Assembly (NCBI RefSeq): GCF_009914755.1
Contig: NC_060931.1
From: the human T2T-CHM13v2.0 reference genome, Homo sapiens
Strand: one strand, 5' to 3'
Length of the DNA: 64,000 nucleotides
Made by a program: the position numbers and the translations under genes. Of the stretch, positions 28,729-41,669 are shown one piece after another (position 1 is the first letter of the stretch; every line of letters starts with the position of its first letter). The notes beneath the pieces are model-generated. The model searched no databases. It worked only from the letters and a program-made list of their open reading frames with translations, and was not told where the DNA came from.

Positions 28729-30784
28729 TAACACACAATTTGAAAATGATGGAGGTTGGGCTTTCAGACACTGGTCATGTGACCTCTGAAAGTGCACTGC
28801 TTTTGTTTGTTTAGATGTTTGTTTTTGTTTTATGACACTAAATCCTTTAGAAGAAAAATACAATAGATTCATGAACATGAATGTCTTCAGCAGATATTGT
28901 ATATGCAAAAAACTGAAACACAATAATCTCTTGAAGAAAACATTCTTTCTCCTGAAACTAATGCATAGACTGTTTTCCTTAAAAGGGACGTTTGCCATGA
29001 GTAAATTATACAAAGTTCTTGTAAAATAATGCATTAATAATTTGAGAATCAATTAAAAATTTTTGTGTTTTGGCGGATATATATTTCACTTATACAGATT
29101 ATCTTTATTAAATGTTAAAACAGTAATTATTGCTTGATAAAATAGACATTCAGTTATTATATTTTATGGAAGATCCATATCAGAAGAATATCAGAAATAA
29201 TTTCAAAATTTGCCTCCCCATTAATCTTACATGACTGTTGTTAATGAGATATCTTCCAAAAATAGTCTGGAAAGCTGAATGAGTGGCGAAAACTTTAAAA
29301 TTACTTGATAAATACCATTACATAACAAATCTTTAAATAAAAGTACCAAATAGACTTTTAGGATGAGTAGTACAATTTCTCTTGTGCCAAAAAGACCTGT
29401 CTTTGAAATAAGTAAGGTAAGCTAACTACTGATAATTTGGCACCAGCAATAGATCTGGCTGAAGTTACTTGGAGTTATTTGCTGGTCTCTAAGATTACAT
29501 TTTTATGACCATAAACACACTCACCTTCTAAAACTGAAGCAGGTCATTTCAGCACAATTATATTCAACAGAGCAGTATCTAAACAAATCAGTGTTTGGTA
29601 ACCTGAGCCAACACAAGATATTTTAGGGCAGAAGAGTTAGCTAGAAAATAACATTTTCTAACAGAATCAGTCAGAGAGAAAACAACCCATCAGGTGGGAG
29701 ACATCCCAGTGCAATTATTGCAAAATATCCACCTGGCTGACTGAATAATCATTTTAGAGACAATCAAAACTGTTGAAATTGCACCTCATTGGTTAATGAT
29801 TCCATTATAGCTGGAAGGCTTACACCAATGAAAAGGGATACAGAGTTTATATTTCAAAATATTAAAGCAGACAAATTCCTTCATTGACTATTATGACATC
29901 AAAATAATATATTTGGATACAAATTATGACTTGCACTGGGTGAATATTGTGGCTGACAACTAACCACCTTATTATTTTTATTATTATTTTCCCCGTAGCT
30001 CACAATGACTTCCCCTTGTTCCCAGGGTTGGCAAATCACTGCCTTTGTTTCTGGCTAACCTAGAACCCTTAGTTCTATTCATGTCAGGTTTGTGTTCTCT
30101 ATTATACTTAGGAGAAGGTGATTTCCTAATACATAATATAATAATTTTTCTGAAACAAATATAAATATACTCTAAAAACACCTACATAAATGGTCATTAA
30201 TGTTAAAAAAATGCAGAGAAATAATTCAATGTCATAATTTTTTAAAGTTTATCAATATCCCTCTACAAGTAAGCTTCTAGATAAAGCCACTGTAAATTAC
30301 ATTCACATTTCCTAATAAACCTTTGCTCCCATAAATGTATTTCTCCTACAGCAGAGCTTGAATGTATTATTCAATATTGTATAACAAAATGACAAAAAAA
30401 ATCAATCCTGGAACATCTGATACTTATTCCTTTATAAAATGAGAGCAAATATTGTGTCTATTATGATTTATTAAAGTTTGCTAGAAAAATAATCCATAAA
30501 TAGTATATAAAGTTTGGCTTGGAGAAAAGTAACATCTTAGTAGACTTTTAGATCCTGTATGATAAAGGAATTTGATTCATTTTCACATATTTTAATGTCC
30601 TCTTTAGTCACTTAATTATTGTTTGTGACGTGCTTTCTTGATATATAAAAATAGGAAAAATAAATATATTTTAAGTTTATTACATCATACTTTATTTAGA
30701 AGCCACATGACTCAGAAATTTGCCAAGTATTTTATTTAGAGTGTGTTTTTGTGTGAGTTGACAATACAAATTGTAGCTTTAAAA

Positions 30785-33700
30785 AAAAATTAGGTTCAGG
30801 GATATGTGTGCCGATTTGTTATATAGGTAAATGGCTTCTCATTGGGGTTTGGTATGCAGATTATTTTGTTACCCAGATAATAAGCATAGTGATGAATTGG
30901 TAATTTTTTTTTATCCTCATCCACCTGTTACCATCCTCCTTCCTCAAGGAGACCCCATTATCTGTTGTTCCCCTCTTTATGCTCGTGTGTTATCATTATT
31001 TAGCTCCTACTTTTAAGTGAGAATATGCTGTACTTGGTTTTCTGTCACTGCGTTAATTTGCTTAGAATAATGGCCTCCAGCTGCATCCACCTTGGTGCAA
31101 AAGACATGATCTCTATGGCTGTGTAGTATTCCATGCTGTTTACATACCACATTTTCTTTATCTAGTCTACATTTAGGTTGATTCCATGCCTTTGCTACTG
31201 TGAAGAGTACCTCAATGAACACATGCACACATGTGTCTTTATGTTAGAATAATTTATATTCCATTGAGTATATATCCAATAATGAAATTTCTAGGTCAAA
31301 TGGTAATTCTATTTTAAGTTGTTTAAAGAATTGCCACAGTGATTTACATTTAAAATTTTAAAATGTAAATTTTAAACTAATTTGAACTTCCACCAACAGT
31401 GTATAAGCATTCCCTTTGCTCCACAATCTTACCAGCATCTGTCATGATTGGAATTTCTAGTAACAGCCATTGTGACTGGCGTGAGATGGTATCCCATTGT
31501 AGTTTTGATTTGCGTTTCTCTAATAGTTAGTGACTTTGAGCTTTTTTTCATATGCTTGTTTGTTGCGTATATGTTTTCTTTTGAAAAGCACCTATTCATG
31601 TCCTTTGCTCAGTTTTTAATAGGGTTGTTTGTTTTTTGCTTACATATCTATTTAAGTTCCTTAGGGATTCTGAATATTAAACCTTTGTTGGATACATAAT
31701 GTGCAAATATTTTTCTGATTCAGTAGATTACTTGTATACTCTATTGATTGAATGATTCTTTTGCTATGCAGAAGCTCTTTAGATAATTAGGTCTCATTTG
31801 CTAATTTTTTGTTTTGTTGCAATTGCATTCGGAGTCTTTGTCATAAAGCCTTTGTCAGGACCTATGTCCAGAATGGTATTTCCTAGGTTTTCTAGATATT
31901 CTTCTAGGATTTTTATAGTTTCAGGTTTTACATTTAAATCTTTAGTACCTCTTCAGTTGATTTTTATATACAGTAAATGTAAGCAATCAAGTTTCAATCT
32001 TCTGCACATAAAAAATCCTCAGCAAATTAACAAAAAACCTGAAATCATACCAACTACAGTCTCAGATCACAGAGAAATAGATAAACATATCAATACCAAA
32101 AAAATCACTCAAAGTTATACAATTGGATGGAATTAAACAACCTGCTCCTGAATGACTTTTGGTTAAATAATAAAATAAAGTCAGAAATCAAGAAATTTTT
32201 TGAAACTTATTCTAGCACCATTTATTGATTAGGGAGTCCTTTCCCCTTCACTTGCTTCTGTCAACTTTGTTGAAGATCAGATGGTTACAGCTGTGTGGCC
32301 TTATTTCTGGGCTCTCTATTCTCTTCCTGTGGTATATGTGTCTGTTTTTGTCTCAGTAGCATGCTGTCTTGGTTACTGTATCCTTGTAGTGTAGTTAGAA
32401 GTTGGGTAACTTGATGTCTCCAGCTTTATTCTTTTTGCTTAGGATTACCTGAGCTATTTGGGTTCCTTTGTGGTTCTATATTAATTTTTAAAATAGCTTT
32501 TGCTAACTCGATGAAGAAGTTTCTAGAACTAAATGTCCACATCAAAGAGTTAGGAAGAGATTAAATTACAACCTAACATCATAACTAGAGGAACTAGAGA
32601 AACAAGAGCAAACGAACCTCAAACCTAACAGAAAAAAAGAAGTAATCAAAATCAGAGCTGAACTGAAGGAAAATAAGACGTGAAAAAACATACAAAAGAT
32701 ATATGAATCCAGAAGTTTCTTTTCTGAAAAAACTAATAAGGCAGATCACTAATTGGAATAATAAAAGAAGAGAGAAGATCCAAATAAATACAATTTGAAA
32801 TGACAAAGGGGACATTACAATTGACCCCACAGGGAAGTAAAACAAACAAACAAAAACAAAACAAAAAAAACCGTTAGAGAGACTACAATAAATACCTCTA
32901 TGAACACAAACTAGAAAACCAGAAGAAATGGATAAATTCCTGGACACATACACGCTCCCAAGGCTGAACCGGGAAGCAGTTGGAAATCTGAACAGCCCAA
33001 TAATAAGTTCCAAAACCGAATCTGTAATAATAATAAAAAAAAGCCTACCAACAAAAAAAGCCCAGGAACAGATAGATTCAGCCAAATTCTATTAGAAGTA
33101 TAAAAGAAGAACTGGTGCCATTCCTACTGAAATTATTCCAAAAGATTGAAAAGAATGGACCCCTCCCTAACTCATTCTATAAGGCCAGCATCATGGTGAT
33201 ACCAAAAAGAGGCAGAGACACAGCAACAACAAAAGAAAACGTCAGGCCAATATTCTTGATCAACATAAGTGTTTATGATCAATAAAATACTGAAAAACCA
33301 AATCTAGCAGCACATTAAAACGCTAATTCACCATGATCAAGTAGGTGTTATCCCTGGTATGCCTCATTGGTTCAACATACGCAAATCAATAATGTGATTC
33401 ATCATATAAACAGGACTAAAAACAAAAACCACATGATTATCTCAATAGACATAGAAAAGGCTTTTGAAAAAATTCAACCTCCCTTCATGTTCAATACCCT
33501 CAACAAACTAGGCACTGATAGAACTTACTTCTAAATAGTAAGAGCCATTAATGACAAACCCACAGCCAACATCATACTGAACAGGCGAAAGCTGGAAGCA
33601 TTCCCCTTGAAAACCGGCACAAGAAGAAGTTGCCTTCTCTAACCATTCCTATGCAACATACAATTGGAAGCACTGGGCAGAGCAATCAAGCAAGAGAAAG

Positions 33701-34095
33701 AAATAAAATAAAAAGCATCCAAATAGAAAGAGAGGAAGTCAAACTATCTCTGTTGGTAGATGATATGCTTCTATACCTGCAAATCCCCATAGTCTCTGCC
33801 CCAAAGCTCCCTGATCTGATAAACCATTTCAGCAAAGTTTCAGGATACAAAATCAATGTACAAAAATTAGTAGCATTCTTGTACACCAACAACATCCAAG
33901 CTGATAGCCAAATCAAGAATTCAATTCCATTCACAATAGCCACAAAAGAATAAGCTACCTAGCAATACATCTAACCGGGAAGATGAAAGATCTCCACAAT
34001 GAGAACTACAAAACATTGTTTAAAGAAATCACAGATGACATAAACAAATGGAAAAACGTTCCATGTTCATGGATAGGAAGAATCAATATTGTCAA
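30785..34095. mobile_element. Old L1 (L1PA13-16/L1PB-like) in four alternating-orientation blocks
   Basis: 30785-32009(-) 3' end; 32010-32206(+) EN region; 32207-32518(-); 32516-34095(+) tower/RT region (ORF 33630-33953 …LLVDDMLLY…[13 protein letters not shown]). Confidence 0.88.
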
Positions 34096-35840
34096 GCAGT
34101 AGATTTTCAATGCCACCTGTCAAATGCTCCCCAGGTTGACTCTGCCTTCTCTCTCTCTACTATGACTTGTGCAATATATCAGCAAAAGAAAAATAAGTGA
34201 GAGGAGTTTTTGGATGCAGAAAAGTTTCTCAGATCTAGGTGACAGTGAAATAGTGAATATCAACACTTTCAGTTTTCCAAAGGCCAATAATGAAGAAACA
34301 AAAAAAATTTTAAAAATAACTGAGAGCAATACACACTGAGAAGCAAAATTTAGGGACTTTGAGAAGAGGAATCATGTCATTGCAGCCTGCAGGATTGCAT
34401 TCTGAGAATGAGACACTTGCACTAAAGCAAAATTAAGATGGAGGTTGAAGGATGGGTTTTGTTGATTAATATTATTTCTTTATAATAACACTAATAAGAA
34501 GTAGAATTCAATATTCTAAATAGCAACTATCAGTTGATTTTAAGGATTACAATATAAATTTATGTCAATTGATTGTATTTATAAAGTATTTTATAGCTAT
34601 TTAAAAATATTATGTTTTGCATTTGAAATAATATTTTGGAATTATAATTTAAATAATGAAATACATAAAGTTGTCATTGTTAGTATTTAAAATAGATTAC
34701 CTAATTTTATGATAGTTTGAGTTTTAAAATGTCAATACTACTTAGAATGCTTTCATACACCTAAATGTGAAAAAAAATAGAAAAAGTTTAGAGATAATTA
34801 TCAACCTATTTTTTATTTCTGCAGCCCACAAGACAAATGTGACACCAAAATTTCATAACTTAAAAAGCACATTAGACCTTTCCTGACAATATGATGCACC
34901 TCCAAAATCATAGGCAGCAATACTTTCAAAAATCAGCTCCACAGCTACCTCACAAAGACTTACCTCATTTTGATGATTTCTTACAGTTCTAAACACTGTC
35001 ATTGTAAGACTGTTCTGTACACAACCTTAAGTTCCAAAATGAGGAAGGACATTTTCTAGGCTTCATACTGTGTTTGGAGAGAATGAGGTTAATATTTTCC
35101 CTCAGCAGTGAGGATCTGCAGTCCAGCATCTTTAATATAGAGACTGCCAGGGGAACAGGAAGCAATGATGGGAATTACTTTTTCCCTTTTCCCTCTGTGA
35201 AAACTATGAGGAATATGTCTAAAAGGGTAAAATGATTTAACTTAGAGATTGGGTAGAAGATTACATTTCTTACTCTTTTTCTTCTCATTGCTGATTAAAA
35301 CCCTCTTCTACCTCCAAAGCAACAACTTGTCTTTGAGATTCAATTCTCTATTTTCTCTGGGGAAATACAAACACTAACTTGATCTTTATTTAGCAGTAAT
35401 CTCCAAAGTGTAGCACGTGTATACAATTACAATGACTTTGTAGCAGTTCTCTAAGTTCCTTCACTTAGAGAACAACCTAAGTGCTGATATTAGACTACTT
35501 AGGTTATCATCCTATCCATTTATTTGTTCATTCAGGAGTTCAGTCAGGCTTTAGAGCTTTCACCCGGCAACGGTCAACTACCAACTAGACATATAGGTTT
35601 CTGGGAGACAAAACGTAGATAACATGTGATTCACATCTTCCAAAAGTTTAGTTTCAGGAGAAGGCAAATATGTGAACAAATAATCATGATATAACTCATA
35701 GTGGGATATTTGAAGTGTGAAAAAATAGATCCTAGAATACAGATTTCTAAATCTATGAATTCTATGCTTCATAGCACACGCGTGTGCACGTGCACACACA
35801 CACACACACACACAGGACAAGATCAAGAAAACAAATAGTT

Positions 35841-36184
<344 letters not shown>

Positions 36185-36583
36185 TTAAGAATCTGCTCCT
36201 GGTGACTGACACTGGAACATACAAAGAACATCCCTCTGTAAAAACAGTTGTCAGATTAGCGCCAAGAAACAAAGCAGGCCAGAATGGCCTCTTTCACTGT
36301 TTTAAAAGCATGCAATTGGATTTTAGCACCTTTTGTTTCAACACAGTGATGGTTATAAAGAAACCTGCAGAGGAAAAACAAAACATATAAAAGAAAATGC
36401 AAACAGAGCAAGAGATTCAGGAAGATTTGCTTCTTACCTTTAACAGTGCTGGTCTTCAATTGCTGCCCTGAAACTTGAGGGCAGAAACGTAGAGCACCAG
36501 TCTCACGCTTTCGTGATTCTTAGGACTCATGGAAGGAAGGGTCTAGGAATACAGACAGACAGGACAGCAAGGGAGAGAGAGAA

Positions 36584-36651
36584 TGTGTCTGTGTGTGTGT
36601 GCGTGTGCGTGTGTGTGTGTGTGTGAGAGAGAGAAAGAGAGAGAGAGAGAG
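36584..36651. repeat. Compound (TG)n(AG)n microsatellite
   Basis: Direct reading. Confidence 0.93.
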
Positions 36652-37818
36652 GTGCTCACCGACCATTCTCTCTTGAAGGTAGCCTGAAACCTTCCCATTT
36701 CTAGACAAATAAAGTATTTCAGAGGACCATCTGAAAGGTGAACCATGGTTCCTGCTAATTCAGAGAATGACCTCCTACCTATTTAGGAACAGAATTAGGT
36801 AGAATTGGGAAAGGGAAAAAGCTGAGTCCCCTAAAAGCTTACAAGTTGTAATAGAGATATCTGCAAAGTGCTGAGGTGGTTTGCAATGGAAAAGAATTAT
36901 TAATTAACTTTGGGTAGGGAATTTAAAAAAAAAGTTAAACAGACAGTGATATTTGGAGATAAGCATCCTTAATATGTCCACAGATATCCTGGAGCAACTC
37001 TGATTATCTCAGCAATCAGATTATGATAGCTGGAACCATTTCTGTGAATCTCTCTAGTCCCGTACCTGTTCTGTAATGTATGAGAACATTTGCATCACCT
37101 TAAGATACACTCATGTTGAAAACATGTTTGCTAAATAATTATAAAGGCCACAGAAACTTGATCAGGAAAGTAGTGAATTGTGGCACAAAGCTGGAATATG
37201 CTGTCTTTTCCTTGGATCAATTTTTTATTTATTTGCATTTGTATTAAAGTTTCTCCATGGTAGCTTGAGAATATTTTTGTGTAAAATAGTACATAAAATG
37301 AAACCCTGAAAGCTACCAGAACTGCTTTGCCAATATTGTGCATGCTATGATGAGACCACTAGATATACCTACCTTCATTCTGCCTTCTGATTTGCCACCT
37401 AAACACTTTCATGTGTCAAGATGAAATGGTGCATAAACAGAAGCTAGAGCTTGACTCAGAAAAACTCAGTTCAAGCTTATCCGCTGCCCTTCTAGGTTTG
37501 GAAATTAAGTCATGTAATTTCTCTGGCTGGCTTTTACTTCACAAAGTTGTGATCATCTATTCAAAAAAACAATATATTTGATATCCTCATATGCTACTAA
37601 TAGTATTAATAGGAAATAATTCAGAATATTAACACTTTCTAACTTTCCAAACTATAAAAATGTGTAATGTTAATCAGATACATGAAAATGGTATTAAACA
37701 AAGGTATTTGAAATAGATCAGATTATAAATATATACCAGCCCTAAGTCTGTCTTAATATATTTATCCAGTCTATTTTAATTACTGGTGTTTCATTTCCTT
37801 AATAAGTGTAATCCTCAT

Positions 37819-37937
37819 TGGGTGGAGTGTTCACTGCTCGGGTGATGGGTACACCAAAATCTCAGAAATCATCACCGAAGAACTTATTCATGTAAACAAA
37901 TACCACCCATTCCCCAAAATCCTATTGAAATTTTAAA
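37819..37937 (+). mobile_element. Very short L1PB 3' end
   Basis: 'cactgctcgggtgatgggtacaccaaaatctcagaaatc…cctattgaaat'; TSD AAGTGTAAT(C/T)CT at 37804-37815 and 37938-37949. Confidence 0.85.
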
Positions 37938-38494
37938 AAGTGTAATTCTGTATTTTAGCTCTAAATAATGAAAAAGAATAAGAAAAATGGGGAAGACTAT
38001 CTGCAATGATTGCAACTTTTTACAAATGTTAATGAAACACGCTTTTATATATTGTGGCATTGATTTTGATTGGCTTACAATTTTGATTGTGTTTTCACAC
38101 ATAATTTACATTTAATGGTTATTTTTCAAGAGGAGACAGATATTTATATAACTAGGAGCCTTTCATAGAACTGGGCAAAGGTTAATAAACATGAAAAAAT
38201 CACATGTAGTTATGATGATTCTGTGGTAATCAATATATAATAATTTTCAGCAAAAAAAAGATTTGTATATTTTTATGTAGCTGAAGCACATTCTATAAAT
38301 AAAGTTATAAGGATAAATATTTTAAAATGTGAACTTGCTAGACATGCATAATTTTAAAAGAAAATAGGCTTCATTTTATACAAAGCTTAGAAGTGTTTAA
38401 AAAGCAAATAAATAAAAAATAAATATTTAACAGTTCAAGTTTTTAAAATAATTTTTAAGCCACATTTTTCTTCTTAATATGAAATCCTCAATCC

Positions 38495-38720
38495 AATTTA
38501 AATTTATTCAACAAATATTTATAGGTACTTGCCGTGATCCCAGCACATGCAGCAGTGAGTAAATATACCAAAAATCCCACCCTATGGTGCTTATATTTTA
38601 GTGAGAGGAGGCAGACAATAAACAAGCAAACAGACATTAGAAAGTTGTAGAGTATGTTATAAGATACTAAGTAGTTGGAAAAATAGGGGGAATAAAAGGA
38701 GAAGAAGATACATAGGATAG
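38495..38720. mobile_element. L2 fragment (similar fragments at ~35520-35720 and ~40640-41450)
   Basis: 'ttattcaacaaatatttat…cttatatttta gtgagaggaggcagacaataaacaa' is a typical L2 3' motif. Confidence 0.65.
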
Positions 38721-39017
38721 TGGATTTCAGCAGCAGGTAAACTGAAGTCACTGAAGTCAAACCGAAGTCACTAAAGCATTCGTATAAGCCCATCTTCAAA
38801 ATCAACAGGCAGTCTCATAGTTGCATTTTGGTTTTCATTTCATCTGACACTTTTCCTATGATCATTCATGTTTATACTCACTTACAGAAAATTGATGTGT
38901 ACGTCACACTGCTGCATGCATGTTGTTCAAGCTAACCATACCCTATCTTTGCATTGTTACCTCTTTGACTTAACTATTTAGAGCTCAGCTATTGTTTTCA
39001 CTAGCCATTTAGCATCT

Positions 39018-39019
<2 letters not shown>

Positions 39020-39071
<52 letters not shown>
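39020..39071. repeat. Perfect (GATA)13 tetranucleotide STR
   Basis: Direct reading. Confidence 0.97.
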
Positions 39072-39072
<1 letters not shown>

Positions 39073-39097
39073 ATATGCAACATTGATTTTTAATTAG

Positions 39098-39533
39098 TAT
39101 ATTAGTTTGTTGAGGCTACTATAACAAAGTACCACATACCAGTTGGCTTAAGCAACAGAGAGTCATTGTCTTATAATTCTGGAGGTTAGAAGTCTGAGAA
39201 CAAGGTATCAGCAGATTCATAAAACAAATTCTGTTCCATCCTTTTCTCCTAGTTTCTGGGGTTTTGTTATCAGTCTTTGTCATTCATGGCATGTAGAAGG
39301 CATTCTCCCTGTACCTTCGCATTGTCTTTCTCTGTAGCTCTCTTTTCTTCACATGGTGTTCTTCTCAAATAAATACCAGTCACATTGATTTGGGGACCCG
39401 CCCTACTCCAGTGTTACCTTATTTTAATGAATTATGTCTGCAAACACCCTATTTCCAAATAACATCTCATTCTGAGATACTGGGTATTAAGACTTCAACA
39501 TATGGTATTTAAAGGGACACAATTTCTATCATA
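39098..39533. mobile_element. MLT1 (MLT1C-like) MaLR LTR
   Basis: 'tattagtttgttgaggctactataacaaagtaccac…ggaggttagaagtctgag…ccctatttccaaataa…gggacacaattt'. Confidence 0.8.
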
Positions 39534-41669
39534 ATGGTCATCTTCATCATCTACTTGTCACTCAGCATCTATTAAATTTAGCAGAATGTGCCTCAATTGA
39601 TTTAGATGGATTCTCTAAGCATTAATTACTATTTAAGAGATTACTTTTCCATATTCTCACTGATAAATATGTAGTATACATATAATAGAATATATCAAAA
39701 TTACCATTTAAATCTGCTTCTCTTCTTGACGCTAGTAAAACTGTTACTGTACCATTTTAGCATTATTTTATTTACTGAAGGAAACAGCTACCATCACCAA
39801 ACAAACAACAAAAAGTAAAATAAAAAAAATATTTGAAAATATCTACTCAGGTGCAATCCACTATTTAGTCCCTACTAATAGACATACATGTCATTCTCAG
39901 ATATTAATATGGCATTTATAGTTTTGATATTAATATCTAAGATTTAGTGCTTTGTGATTATAACAACTTTTATCATTTTCCAGGTAGAATAAGTCACTAA
40001 CAAGGAGTCAGTCTACTGCCTTTATCAGACAGGTTCACTCCAGAGCTCTTAAATACCCTAAGTACAAGGATTAGAATATACTAAGCTAATAATTTATTCC
40101 TGTGCTCATAAAGTCATTCGATAGCTTGTCCATCAGAACATATTTATTAGCAATGAAGAACATACCCAAATACCAATTCCTAGCTATTTATAGTATGAAA
40201 GTAAATTATTGATAACATTATGACAAATATTTAATATGCCAATGACAAAATAAGTTGAGGAGGTTATTTCATTTACAGGTAAAGCGATATAAATACAAAT
40301 AAAGCAAGAATGTGAATTTTTTTAAGTCTGAAATTCATTTTCCATATTAAAATAGCCTAAATGACCTACAGAATTCAGTTCAAGGTTCATCTGTTTACAT
40401 AATCTATTGCCTGAGGGAGTGTTGAAGGAGAAAATTTATTTGAGAAGAAAATTAGATAATCACTGGGGGAAGTTGATTGAATGCTGACAAAGTGTCAGCA
40501 ACTTGCTTCTTTAATTTATGGTTTTAATCATAGGAAGTTGGTCTGAGCTGGAAAATGTGCACATACTTTAACCAAATGCCAAGTTTCACAGGGCTTAACA
40601 TTAAACTGCTCAACTGAAATATTAACACTATATTCAATGTTTCATTAATTCATTAATACATTCTTTCTTTAAATAATTATTCAACATCTGTTATCTGCAA
40701 TGCTTTTGAGATCTACAATTGTCCCACAAGTTAATAAGATAGCGAAGGTACATAGCAGGATTTTCTATTCAGAAGAACTTCAAGAAAGGCATTCCAGAGG
40801 AAATTATATCTGAGCTAAGTCTAAAAGGATGGTTAGGAATTAACCAGGTAAAGGCAGCCAAGAGAGGGCCACAAATGTTGGATGATACAGAAGTGGATGT
40901 TTCAGAAAGAGAAAATAACATAAATAACGATCTGGGGCAAAGACGTAGCATATTCTGATTTCAGCTTGGCTGGCGTGCAGGATGTCAGGTAGAGTGTGAT
41001 GCAAGTAAGCATAGATAGCATAACATCCATATTAAGAAAAGTGGAATGTATAATGGTTCCAATGAAAAGCCACAGAGGAGTTTTTCTTTGTGACATGTAT
41101 AAGCAAATTAGCATTCTACAGAGTATTCCAAACATAGAGTGGAGAATGTATTGAATAGAAAAATAACTAGAGGCCAGAAGACTACAATATTACAGCTGTA
41201 AAACATAACAGGGGTGTTTTGTATCTGGAAAATTAGGCTAGGACTAATAGAGACAGAGGAAGTAATGGTTGTAAAAATATGTATTGGGTATTGAATTTTT
41301 GTGCTACTGGTGTGGATAGGGAAAGAGAACTGAAATCAAGAAATGATAGCAGCTCTGTGATTTGGAAAAGAAGTGAAAATTCTATCCAAACCAAGAAACA
41401 CAGATTAATACAGATCAATAGGTAATAGTAACCTGTAGATTTAAGTTGAAAAGGATTACTGCTCCTCTATACACTTTGTCAAAACGTGCCATAATTTTTA
41501 AAATTATAATTAAAATGTTGATACTGGGTTCAGGAGATGATAGCAGTGGTAAGAATGTCCCACTTTTGGCAACTAATTCGCCATTCTTCTCTTAATTTAG
41601 TTGATCACATCACATACATATCATCTCTAATCTTTCTTATCCTAGAGTACAGCAGGAACTGCAAAAAAA

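Noticed and set aside
38741-38776. Short CTGAAGTCA-like tandem repeats
   Set aside because: Three or four degenerate 9-11-mers, consistent with slippage; not a CRISPR or structured array.
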